NCBI GenBank assembly: GCA_965178125.1
Contig: OZ237760.1
Location: forward strand, 186,001 to 250,000
DNA: 64,000 bases
From: Bilabrum cf. latius
Lineage: Eukaryota
Direction of reading: 5' to 3'
Positions 13,267 through 25,779 of this stretch are shown here, in pieces (positions within the stretch are counted from its first letter, which is position 1; every line of letters begins with the position of its first letter). Below the pieces are notes generated by a model, which had not been told where the DNA came from, made no database searches, and saw nothing but the letters and a program-made list of their open reading frames with translations. The position numbers were made by a program, and so were the translations under genes.

Positions 13267-13376
13267 GGCAGAAGCACCGGCAAGGGCGACTGATTGGTGC
13301 TGGGATGATGTGCTGTGTTGTTGCGCACATGGCGAAGCAGTCCGCTGAATCAACACATGTTGGATGTAGATACTCT
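13267..13376 (+). repeat. ~108-bp dispersed direct repeat, copy 2
   Basis: Matches 8793-8900 with scattered substitutions. Confidence 0.85.
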
Positions 13377-13407
13377 TATCGTGTAGTTTTGTGCAGCTTG
13401 TCTGACA

Positions 13408-14006
13408 TCAGGTATTGGCAAAGTAGGCTGCAATCGAAACAGCAGTCGAGGCGGCCAGCCCGGCGGCCGCCGATCGCACGGCACCTGTCCCCCTGCATGT
13501 GCTCATGGGACACTTCAGCTCGTAAAAACAATAGTCCAGCGTCTCCGCTGGGGCCACGTCCCACGGACACCCGCGTCTCCGAAAGCACAGCGAGTACTCG
13601 AAATGGCACCTGCAGCTCTCCTCCAAGCTAGGGACGTCGCGGATCAGGCAAGCCTCGAGTTCTGTGCTGCAACTCTCCACTGCCTCCTGGTAGGAGCAAC
13701 GATCTGGGATTCTCTCTGGCACGCTTCGCACCGCAGGGCGCGTCAGTTGTGGAGGGACCGAGTCGTACTGCTCGATTCTTGTTCGATTTGCAGGCGCCGA
13801 AGATGCGCGGTAGTACTGGCCTCCGGTGCGAACAAATGGCTCTCGAAGGGCTTGCTGTCCTGTGAATATTAAGTACAGCTCATTGGTAATTCATACTAGG
13901 ATCAAGAGCTTGAGGAGTGCAGATGCGAGCGCTTTCTGTTGCAACCGGAGGTGTGCTCACCTGCGACCAGCACAGAGCATACAACAGCCAAGGCCGCAAT
14001 CTTCAT
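13408..14006 (-). CDS. Small secreted Cys-rich protein, probably GPI-anchored; intron 13860-13960
   Basis: MKIAALAVVCSVLVAG signal peptide; GTGAGC donor at 13960 and TTCACAG acceptor at 13860 restore frame into ORF 13408-13731 (10 Cys, hydrophobic C-terminus). Stop TGA; no TAG. Confidence 0.7.
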
Positions 14007-14199
14007 GCTCATAGATAAATTTAGGCCATAATTTAGAAAGCAAGCGCAATTTCACCCCAGAACACGCGCGTCGACGGCAGTAAGGTTTGGAAACACTCCG
14101 AGAGTCTGTAGCGTGCAGTTAGGTCGATACGCCGGCCCTGCTGCCCCGTAGGCCCTCTGGGCAAGGCTCTCACAGATGCGCTGCAATAGAACGCCAACC

Positions 14200-17100
14200 T
14201 CATTGCAACCTATCCCGCAGAATCAAATCTTCGAGTGCCACCACGCCCTGTTCCTGCACCCGGCTCCCATGACCACCGCTGCCTCCTGAGCTGCTCCCAT
14301 GATTGCCAGCACCCTCCTCCGCATCCACCCCCGCCCTAGCCGCCACTGATGCCACCACGATGGCCCTGGCAGAGTCGCTGCCCAGCCTCCAGACGAAGAA
14401 CAGAAGAACCTTGCCCAGCTGCACCAGCGGCTCCTGCAGCACGATGTCCACCACGAATGCCACCAGGCTCGCGACCACCCAGGCCCTCGCCTGCTCGGGT
14501 GTGAACAGGATCCCGTACAGGCAGCACAGGTAGAACATGAAGCCCACCAGCACCAGCATCACCCCGTACACCAGCCCGATCATTAGGCTCCTGTCCCACT
14601 GCGCCTCCTCCCAGTCCTGCACCTGCTGCTGCCTCCTCCTCCGGATCACCGCCCGCCTCCTCTTCAGCAGACGAGCGATGCGTAGCGCAGACGTGCGGAA
14701 GGTTGCGTCGTTACCCTGCATTGCGTGCGTCAGCTCAGCGCGTATGCGCACCTGCTCCGACCCGCTGCGTGCTAGAGTCCCCCTGTACCACTCGAAGATG
14801 AAGTATCCCGCCAGCACCACCAGAGCTGGCAGTACCTGCAGGCCGAGCACCGCACCAGCTGCTTCCACGGCAAACGGCAGCCCAGCTACACCAAATAGGA
14901 CACCTCCCGCCAGCTGAAGAGCGATGGCCGGAAGCAGGGCGGAAAGCGAGTGCCAGAGCCACCCCCGCCTGGATTGGATGAATCCCACTGTGCCGAGCAC
15001 CATCATGCACAAGCCAATGCCAGCCAAAAGAGCGATCGACCACCCAGATCCCTCCTGCTCCGCCCACACCTCTGCACTGAGTAGGTAAAGACCCAACAAC
15101 ATGCCAACGAACCCAGCCCACACGTACGCCAGAGACACGATGCCTATCGCGTTCAGCCAAGGCCGTACCCAAGGCTCCGGAAGGGGAGCCCTCGCCATGC
15201 CCTGCTGCGTCATGCTCGCAGCCTCTCGCCCGTCCAAACCGCTGGCGATGCGCGCGGCACCCGCTAGTTTGAGACTCCGCTACACCCGCCGGCAGGTAGC
15301 CTCAAACTCACCCTCGAGCACAGCCCAGTTCTCCCGCGCATCTTCCACCCGCGATCCATCGCCCGATGGACCGGTCTCTGCGGTCAGCGATGCCCCTGCA
15401 TCTTTGACACTACTGCCGGCCATGCCTCCGGCTTCGTCGCGTCCACCGCCATTGGAAGCCATCGACTTCAAGCTGAGCCGCTGAAGCGAAGCTCTCCTTG
15501 GCTCAATCACTCTATCTCTTGGTGAGTGTTTGCCTCCAGTAGACAGTCCATGCATCCGGTGGGCCAATGCCGCCGCCAGCATCGAAGCATCTCTCGCCTC
15601 TTTCGGTGCTCCCGCCGCTGGCGCACCGAGCAGCTCTCCCTCTCCGTCTCGCGGGAGGGCGGCCAGAACCAGCCCCCCCAGCCTCTCAAACTACCCCTAC
15701 ATGTCTTGGTCTGGCTCGTCTAGTGGCTTACCACTCGACACAAGCCCCGGATTTGCTACTACTAGAAGCAGTGCCTGCCGCACGCCGTCCATCGGCAGCG
15801 GGTTGTATGAAGACCCAAAACTTGCACGCCCGCTGCGGCGGTACACGAACCAATCCACGGCTGCATCCAGGTCTGCTAGGGAAGTCATGACTGCCAGAGA
15901 TACTGCAGGGGCAGCTGACTTTGCCTGCTCCGCCAGCGATGCCTCTGCGTCGTGCCTGGACTTGGGGTCATCGTCACCACCGCTCGTGCCCGGGGAAGCT
16001 CCCGGAGCACGGTCACCAGCGACCGCCCCTTTCCTCTCGAGGTGAGCCACTGCGGCCAATACTCCCTCGAGTGGAAGCACCGATTCCAACACCTCGTTAG
16101 ACTCCTACGAAGCAGCGGATCCGGCAGCAACGACAGGTGCATCTCCTCGATGCGATTGACCGGGCAGCTTCACTTCGGGTCCGCCTCGCGCTTGCTCCGT
16201 CTTTTCGCCTGGATCGGGTCCCCAGGCGATGTGTCTTGCAGCTGCAGGTGGATCATCATCTCCAAATACTGCAGCAGCTACGGCTGCTGGACCAGTGCGG
16301 CCGCTACTCTTCCCCATTCTTGATTCAGTCGCCCCTACTAGTATGGCCAGATCATACCCCCCGGGACTGCTTGATGCGATTCGTGTGCCACTGGCCAGTT
16401 CCTGTTTCATCGGTGACACGGAGGATCGACGGCGATACGCGCTCCATGCCCCGTCAGTACCCTTTGCACCTCCCCAGTCCCCACCGTGACGAGCGCTAGC
16501 CGAAGGGGAGCGCGCCAGCAGATTGCCCGCGGCCGAGACCTGCAGAGCTTCGAGCGCTTCTGCCTTGCGCCTTGCTATGTCTCTGGCCCGTTGCTGTCGA
16601 ACGGCATACGACACATCCAAGCTTTCTGCTCGAAAGGTGTTGATGAAGGCGAATAGACGAGGAGACAGTCGCTCCACCGGAATCATTGCAGCTGCCGAAA
16701 TGGCCGCAGACACGAATCGAGCAGAAACTCGCTCAGCATCGCTCCCAAAGAAAATGGCATTGATGGCCATCGAGGTCAGGCAGGTGGCCGTCAGGATCAG
16801 AAGCCGCTGGGGCCGGGTCACCACCAGCAGGTCCTCTTGGGGCGTGAAAAAGATGCTGCCCCACATGTGATCTCTCCTCAATGCGTCAGTCCACTGCTGC
16901 GTTAAGTAGGCCACCACCAGCCAGAGCGTGCCTCTCTGCCGAAGGTCCATCCACTCCTGCCTCGCATCCTCCTTGTCTGACCGAATCTTCTCCAGTTGCG
17001 CCCTGAGCCCATCTTCCTCCCCTTTCACCGCTGCCTCTATCTTGTCCAGGTCTACGTATGCTGGATACACGGCGTACAGCTCTTCTTCCAGTGCGCCGGT

Positions 17101-20100
17101 CGTCTCGGGCGCGCGAGCCTCGACCTCGCTGTCCTGCGAACGACGGCTTCCCAGTGCTCCATCTGAGTTCAAATTGGAACTCTCCTTATAGGTACCGCCA
17201 CCCGCAGTACTATATCCGGCCGCATTGAAAGCACCAGCAGCACCAGCATCCAACTCGCCTACCGCGTGCAGCATCTCCTGCTGATCAGTAGACGGCTGTA
17301 TCACAGCAGACCCACCCGCGTTCGCCCACGTGTCGGGAGCTTGTCCACTCCCGCCCTCGAGAGGACCGATTGACACACCTCCGGCACTCAACTGCAGTTC
17401 TGCTCCTGTTGAAAGGAACCCTGCGTTGTCTCCACCGGAGGCGCCGCTGGCGTCCACTGCATACGCGACTCTGCGCCTTGCCTGCTCACTGCCGCCAGCA
17501 GCGGCATGCAATGCGGACACGTCCACCCTCGCCGCCGCTGGCCGCCTTCTCCGCTTCTGCTCCTGCACGATCCTCCACCGATACCTCTGCAGCACCTTAA
17601 GATACACCTCCAGCTGGTCCTCGATATGCAGCTGCTCCATGCCGATGGATTGCTGAATCCGTCCGAATCGAAGCATGTGGGCCTGTCTGAGCTTCCTGAG
17701 CTCGGGCTGCCTGTATCCCTCCATCACTGCCGAAGTCACCCAAGCGATCCCAAAGGCCACCAGGAGCACCCCAAGCACGACCACTGGGAAAAGGTTCTCG
17801 GGTCGCAGGTAGTTCCGCAGCAGCCCAGCATCACCCACGGGATCCACGCGATTCACTGCGGGCAGGTCCCTCCGCACGACAGCCGTGAAGTCGCTAAGGT
17901 GCGTGGACGCACAGATGGCACTCGCGGTACCCGTGTTGCTCTCTCTCTCTATTCGCAGTAGCACTAGCCCCTCGGGAGACTCGTCGGAGTAGCTGGCTCC
18001 ATCCAAACCAGAGCACACAAAGTCCTCCGGAATCGTATCGGGCCTCACCGGGATGCGGACCACGATGGGACATTGCAGCCCGCTTACCTCCCTCTCACCC
18101 AATGTGCCTGCATCTGCCAACGTCACGGACACAAAACCAGCTGGACGGGTCTCGCGCTCTGCCGCTGGTGCGATCATGTCTTGGGGGGTCTAAGGGGACA
18201 CCTGCCAATGGACCACGCGCAGATCCGTGTTGCTCGATGTGGCGTCGCTTGCGTTGCTCCCCAGCAGATCAGCGGCCCCGTGCGCGTTCACGCCAGCCTG
18301 GCCTCGTTCAGATTCCACCTACAGCCCGATGCCGTTACCCCCTCCGGCGACCCTGCGCACCGTCACCTCGGCTGTGCCTGGGAGCGAAAGCACCAGCGGG
18401 GCCTCGCCTGGGACCACATTGAAAGCCGCCGATGCTGCGATCTGTTGGATTGTCGCATCCGTGCTAGCGCGATATCCGGCCAGTTCGTCGCCCATCCCAT
18501 CCAGTTCCTGTGTCCTCCTCGCGCGACGACCGTTCGAGGCCTCCCCTAGTGCAATGCCCTGCTGTATGAGCCCAAGGATCTCTCGACCCACTGACCGCAT
18601 CGAGGTCAATGCAGAGTTTGCTCCCAGAGATGCACTGTCTTGGGCCCCGAATCCATCCAGGACCCCTTGCAGTCCATCATTTCCAACCGGAGAACTATCA
18701 CCGGCCTGTGTCACACCAGCAGCGCTTTCGAAGACTTTGCTCATTAGCGACTATAAAATACCCTAAAGTTCCCCCCTCATCACCGGAGGCAGTTCGCCAG
18801 GGTCGCTGAATAGCCCCGAAATCACGCTCAACGCCTGCTCCGCCTCGTCGGGCGTGACCAGCTCTAGCTGCTCAAGCGACGACTGCAACACCGCGATTGC
18901 CGATCCGCGCACCTCCCACACCGCCTGCAGCAGGTCGTCCCCAACATCACACGCGCGACCGTGCCACCCCTCTGCACAGCTGCACACGGCCGCGCACCCG
19001 CCACTACTGCTGCCGACTCCAACTGCACAGACAGCCTCGTTCGGGATGCGAGCGCAGGTTCCGTGCCCGCTGCATTCTAGTACTGGGGCTCTTCCATCGA
19101 GCGATAGCACGCTCACGGACGATCCCGGGCACGCCTGCAGCATACTACTATCATCCCCTGCTGCTGGTACGGAAAGTCCGGTCACGCATCGACCCTTGAA
19201 GCACTGGGCCACGAGATTGCTTCCGGAGGGCGGCACGCAGGTTGAAGCATTGCATGCTGGTGTACCATCCGCTGTCGACGCTCCAGCAGTGCGAGCCAGA
19301 GCGCCTGCGAGATCCGCAATGGTTTGCAGCTGCGACAGCACTTCATCCACGGCCCTGAACTCCGTCTCGTTGCCGAGTGAGCCCACGATCTCTGCGAGGT
19401 CCTCAAGCCGCCCTTCGGCGACAGCAGTTGCGTTCTCCCCGGACGTCTCGCTGGGATCCTCGCCCAGCACCCTCACCACAACCGGACTCCCGCTTGCCCC
19501 GTACACAGACTCCACCGTGGCTCCCAGTTGGTCCCTCACCTGCACGCTCAGCACCACGGCCTGCGCCACGACCGGCGCGCTGGCCAGTGCATCCCGCGCC
19601 ACCTCGCTCGGGCTCACGATCACGCCCTCTAGCACCGGCGACTGGGAATATCCCCTGGACAGCGGAACGAACTCTGCCCCTGACTCCTGGTTGAGGCCTG
19701 CGACCAGCTCCGCGTCTGTGATGATCCCTGCCCCTGCTGCTTCTGAGGCGCCGACAGGCAGACGGTAATAACCGAAGCGGTACGACAGGGGCAGGTGGTC
19801 CACTTCATCTGTCCATCCCACTGCCCTCAGCTCCATCCCGGCTCCGTCCTGCTGCGACAGCAGCCTCACGTTCAATGGAATAGCACCCACTTCGTCGTCT
19901 GAAGCGGCCTCAATGTGTCCAGAGGAAGGGGGTGCGTTCGTCCCCACTGATACCGTGGATGTCACGCTCCACCCTGCGCTCTCGCTCTAGACAAGCACCT
20001 GCACCCGGTACTAGGCCCCAGCATCTAATTGATCCGACCGTATGACGGCCAAGGCCAGCGACGGCCTGCCGCTGAAGATTGAATCCCCCAGCGACTAGTC

Positions 20101-23100
20101 CCCGCTGGCCCCCTGCAGCACAGTGTATGTCGCGGTGATGTCCCGAGGCAGCGAGCTGTCCCCCACTGGCCCTGACGCCACGATTGGCTGAATGAACCCC
20201 GTGCCTGCTTCGCGTACCACTGGTCTCACAACAAGTCGCCTGCTTGTGCTGATTAGGACTGCGCCGCCGTTGTTGCTCGACCCAGCGATGAGAGACGACG
20301 CATCCACTTCGAGCTGCACGACAGGCGGCAACTGGTCGGGCTCGGCTGTCGCGGGGTACACGCCAACAACGGCAAAGGCGGTCTGTGATACCTGTGCTCG
20401 GGGGAACAGCTGCGGTGATCCACCGGTGGATGACGGGTTCCTAGTCAGCGAGACAGAAAACACCGCGACAGAGCCAGAGGGCAGGGTGCCTCCCTGCAGC
20501 TGCAGCACAGGGCCCCGCCTGTCAGCTAGGCCCTGGTTATCACCCCGCAGGGCTAGGGACACAGGAACGGATGGCAGGTACTGATCGGATCCAGGGCCCG
20601 TGAGATTCAAACTGGGACAGGGGGCGGTCGATGCGAGGAACGCAGCGCTGGGTGATGACACGACCTCCACTGCACGACCCACCGCCTGCACCTCATCGAT
20701 CCCTCGTGCAACCAGCCTGCAGCTCCACTCAATCCCAAGATCCCGTCCAGTGACGTCCATGTCGGCCGATCCTCTGGCATCCAGCAGCAGGTTTTGCTCC
20801 GCTGCTATGAGCCGCCGCGTCCCTCCGCTGATGACTGCCCGGAGACCCTCTGGCCGTACCACCAGCTGTGCGTTGGCCGACGCAGACACGGTCGTGGACT
20901 GCGACCCAGCAGTGGTTAGTCGCTGCCTTACAGTAGCCCGGAGCGTATAGGTTCTCCCCGCTCGCAGTACGCCAGCGGGCACATGCAGCGCACGGCCCCG
21001 CTGCCGCTGGTACTGCCCTAGCTGCTCATCTGACAGAAGCTGCGCAGGCAAGGACAGGTCTGATACACCCTCGGTTGGCTCGGCTGCAACCATGGTCCAT
21101 TGCACCGGCCCCTGTTCCACCATTGCATCCACGCACGGTGATGCTACGACTCGCGTCTGCAGGACGAAGGGCCGGAGCGCCGACCCCTGCAGCAGCTCTC
21201 CACCCACCATCGAGATGCGCGGGACGTTCTCTGCCAGTCTGCTGATGGTAACGGTCGACGCACCCGCATCTGCCGCCAGAAAATTGACAACACTTACTCT
21301 CAGCGTCACGTTACTTGCCTGGGCCGTTGCAGCCTGCGGCAGCGAAACGGAAGCTCGTCGCCCGGCAGACCCCGCCAGGAACGTGTTGATTAGGGCAGCA
21401 TCGGAAGGAAGCACTCCGGCTCCCTGTATCGAGACCAGAGTCCACTGGAATGACAGAGCCCGTCCTAGATTGCCCTGTGATGCCTCTGCAGACGCACTCA
21501 CTCCATCGCACGGCCCGATAAATGATGGCGCCTGCACCACGGCAATTGGTGCCTGCACCGGCACCCTCGGAGGCTCCACCTGTACGCACGCTGCACCCAT
21601 AGTCCGCAGCGAGAATGGTGCTGACCTCAATACGCCGCTCCTGAACCGGACCTAGGACAGCAGGCCGCCCGCACTGGTCGCGCTCGCTTCGGGTGTCGGA
21701 CAGGCCACCACGCCATCCCAGGGCCGCAGCGGAACAACCGCAGCCCCCGCGCTGAGGTAGACCTCCAGCTGTCTGGGCGACCGGAAAGCGCACCACGCCG
21801 TCTGCCCTTGCACGCCCTAAGCCCTTGCAGCCAGGACGCCTTGAACATTGGAGATCAATTCGTCACAAGCTGCTGATTGACGCCCTTGCGCTCCAATGCT
21901 CGCATCTACGTCGGCCGCGAAGGTGACTGACAGCCGGGCACCTGACGCGTCAAAGACGACAGACTGCACCACTGGTGCGAGTTGTCGGTCCTGCAGCACG
22001 GCCTGCCCTGCAGCAGCGAAATACTGCGCCCTCTGGGACTGAGGGTCCTGCAACTGCACCTCGGCTGCTCGAATTGCTCCCGCGCCTATTGACACAACGC
22101 CTCCTGCGACGAGTCCGCTAACCGGGGCAGTGAACGAGGGTACAGCTATGAGCCTCCTGGGGGAGTGCCACGCGCACATGGCGGCACCATCAGCTGCCGT
22201 GCTGGCGGTCTCATCACTGCCGAGTATTTGGGACAGTGTTGCGGCAGATAGCACGGCAGGGCTCGAGGAGCAAGGGAATCCACCCTCTCGCACCACCGAA
22301 GGCAAATGTCTCGACGCAGCCTCACTAGTCAGCACTGGCGGGAGCCCCGCAACCACCTGTCGCCCGCCCATGTCTGTGTCTCGGTCAAACTGCAGGAGGA
22401 TTGCCTCTGCCACTTCGAGGATGGCCGCAGATTGCAGCTGAGGGGGCTCTACGAAAACTGTCTCGATCTGCCGCACCGCCGGTTCTATGACCTCCTGCAC
22501 TGCGACGCGGGTAATTCCTCCAATCACAGCAAGGGGGTTATCCGTGTCCCCCGTGCCGATGCTCCGCTGCGTGGCGCTATCGTACGAGTGGTCGGAGCTC
22601 TGGAACTCAAGGTCAATGGAGCCGTCCAAGAAACGCGTTTCAACGAGACTCGCAGGTAGCGGACCCGACGGCTGGCTCCTGACTAGGCCAAAAGTCACGT
22701 CTTCTCTCCACCGCGAGGGCTCAATCACCTGCCGTGTGGCCCCGGTCAGTGTGAGGTACCCGGCGCTGTTCCCGCTGACGACGCAGTCAACCTGCACTGA
22801 AGCGGTGGGCCGACTTCCGAGCCGAAGGGTAATCTCAGCATCCCTGAAAGTGTACGAGGACCCGCCTTCTGCATCTTGTGTGGCGGCCACCACCACATCC
22901 TGCGGCTGCACCTACACCCCCACGCGATCCACCTCCCTGATTGGCAGCACCAACGTGACGTTTCCGCCCGTTGTCGCATCTGCAAGACCGGCGTAGGTGC
23001 TATCGATCGTGCCAACGGATTCTACCTGCACATACACAAGCACCGGCTGTCTCGGCGGACTTGCCACGCCATCCGCTGAGGTCTGCACTCGCACCGCCTT

Positions 23101-25779
23101 GGGCATGCTCCAGTCGCTCGGGGAAAACTCGAGCGTTGCATTTTGGGTGAGGCTGGATCTGGCATCAAAGGGTACTGCACCGAGGTCCTGTGTGCTCAGA
23201 CGGATCCTCACTGTGCCCGAGGGTTGCGATGCCAGCGCCACCGCAACAAACGCAGACCCTCCTTCTGCCGTCGCCGCCGACTCGCCCGTACCTCCAGCGT
23301 CTTCGGCCAGCAGATACGCGACATCAGAGGTGATATTCGTCCTTCTCGAGTCCGCGCGCGGCTGCAGCCCCAGCGGTATGCCACTGTCGCCCAACATCGG
23401 CGAGTCACCGGATGCACCGAATACAAGGAAACCAGCCTCGTCGTTGTCCAGCTGCTGCACCGTGATCGTTGCAGATGTCAGCTCAGTACCACCGTCAAGA
23501 GTCTCCAGGCGCAGCTCAAACCCGATTTCCGGGCAATTGCCAGTACCGGCCGAGCGATCGTCTGGCAGCTGCACCTGCAGCAGCACCGGGGCATCGAAGG
23601 CCTCTCTGCTCACTGCCGTCAGCATGTCCCCATTTCGCACCATTGCGCGCAGATCCTTGCCGCGGTGGCTCAGTGGGAACTGTACAGTGGCAGCACAGGC
23701 AGAGTCGTTGCCGGGGATACCAGTAGCGTTGGAGAAACCCAACACGATTACACCGCGTGCAGCACCCATTGGTTGGCTCAAGGCCACGTACAGACCTAGC
23801 GTGGCACCTTCTTCCATTGAGATTGCGGCAGCAGAGGACTTCGCGTACCTGCCGCCATCGGCCCCACCCACAATAGCGAGATCGACAGCATAGTCAAACG
23901 TGTCCATTCCGAAAGGCAGAGAGCCCCCAGGAAGGATGGCACCAGCAGGCTCAATGGCAATGGCAACGACGGGAGGAGGGCTAGCGGACGGACTTGGCGT
24001 GGGGCTAGTTGAAGCGCCGGCCGAGGATGACGGAGATGCAGCAGGGCTGTTGCTGGTGCTTGGGCTGTTGCTGGTGCTTGGGCTGTTGCTGGTGCTTGGG
24101 CTGTTGCTGGTGCTTGGGCTGTTGCTGGTGCTTGGGCTGACCATAGCAGTAGAGCCGCTGGTGCTGGTGGTTGATGGGGTGATAGACGGACTGCTGCTGA
24201 TGCTCGGCGTGGGCGAGCTGCTGGGGCTGCTTGTTATGCTCGGCGTGGGCGAGCTGCTGGGGCTGCTTGTAATGCTCGGCGTGGGCGAGCTGCTGGAACT
24301 GCTGGTAGGGCTCGGCGTGGGCGAGGTGCTAGGCGTGGGGCTGTTGCTGGGGCTGGCCGTGATGCTGGCGGTGACACTGGGGGTTGGACTAGGGCTGGGG
24401 GTCGGTGATGGGCTAGCCGAAGGGATGACCGGCCCACCCAGGTTTAGAAGAAACATCTTGCCTTGCCCACGACCGACCCAGTTCATGGGTGCTCCTACAA
24501 GCAGATTCATCCTCCCGTCCCCCGTCACATCACCGAGTGCGCACACGGTGTTGCCAAAATTGTCGCTAGCACTCAGCTGTCCCTCGAGCTCCCCATCCGA
24601 AGCGTCCTCCAGGATAGAGAAAGTGCTCACGCTGCCATTGGAGCGGAGCCGCATCATAAAAACTGCCCCTCGATCGTCTGAATTGAACCCAGGTGCACCT
24701 ACTGCGATCCAGGGCTCATTGGTTGCATCCAGCACGCCCATGAAGGTGATTCCAACACCGAAGTAGTCTCGTGGTGAGAGGTCCAAACCCGCGGCATCTG
24801 GCAAACCCTCGGCGATCACCACCGCCTCTCTCACAGTCGCATTCCGTCGCATGAACGAAATAATCACGGCGCCCTGCCAGGTGCCTCCAAAGTCAGAGTA
24901 CGATCCATCGATGGCAACATCCGGCAGCCCGTCATCGTCGAGATCGCCCAGCCCGGCCACGGCATACCCCAGACGGTGCACATCATCTGGTAGTCCTCCC
25001 TGCCCAAAGTCGGCGTGCTGGGACTCTACCACGTCCCTGACCGTGTCAGTGTCGCCATCCATCAGCAGGACGTAGAACGTTCCTTCAAAGGCGTACGCCC
25101 CCACCGAACCGACGCCAAGGTCCTCATGCCCGCCGCCGTCGATGTCTCCGATGGAGCCCACCGAATTCAGCGAGGTCTAGAAGGTTCCCCCAGGGACCCC
25201 CCCTAACCCGTTCCCGATCTTGGTGACGCCCACTTCTTCACCGCGGCTGTTGATCCGAATCACTGCCAGGCGGGAAGCCCATGTTTCCGTGGTGACAATT
25301 CGAAGCGGGAGGCTGTGGTTCTCGGCGTACCCAGGCTCCAGCCTACACAGGCCTACACCGACACCATTGCTAAAGCTCACGGGATGCCCGGCAGGCAGGA
25401 TCTCCGTGGCCCCTTTCACCGTCCCGTCCCTGTTCATGAACACCGTGTACACCTAGCCCCGCTGGTCTGTCGCACCAACTAGTGCCGTCCCGGCGCCCAC
25501 CACAGCATCCGGGACTCCATCGCCGTCTAGGTCCCCAATGGCATCGCACGCAGTCCCGAAGGCGTCCTAGAATCCCACCTGAAAGGGAAAGCCGCCTGTG
25601 GCATTCCCGATCTCCCGAACATCGGCGACCTGCCCTAGGACTAAAGGGGAAGGAGTAGCCTGAGGTGTGGGGCTTGCAGACTGCCCCCAGGCCCCGCGGT
25701 GCTGCAGCAGCACCATGCCAGCTACGGCCAGAGACGTGGCCAAGGGCAGTCGCGAGCGGCAATGAGTCGAACGGTGCAT
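14200..25779 (-). CDS. Giant (~3860 aa) polycystin-1/PKDREJ-like receptor: signal peptide, FG-GAP repeats, Ser/Pro/Thr stalk, beta-rich/REJ region, EGF-like, GPS motif, multi-TM region; 17 in-frame TAGs
   Basis: Twelve track ORFs share one frame, joined only by TAGs (25567, 25453, 25177, 22912, 21817, 21652, 20095, 20011, 19987, 18763, 18751, 18319, 18190, 16105, 15697, 15691, 15280). GPS motif AICASTHLSDF; PKD-like TM motifs HMWGSIF..TRPQRL..SMAINAIFFG and YGILF..AWVVASL..VDIVLQEP. Stop TGA at 14200. Start is the best-guess ATG. Confidence 0.85.
24044..24420 (-). repeat. Coding Ser/Pro/Thr minisatellites (18-bp SPSTSN x5; 36-bp PSSSPTPSITSS units)
   Basis: gggctgttgctggtgctt repeats at about 24043-24135; atgctcggcgtgggcgagctgctggg units at about 24200-24330. 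Confidence 0.9.
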
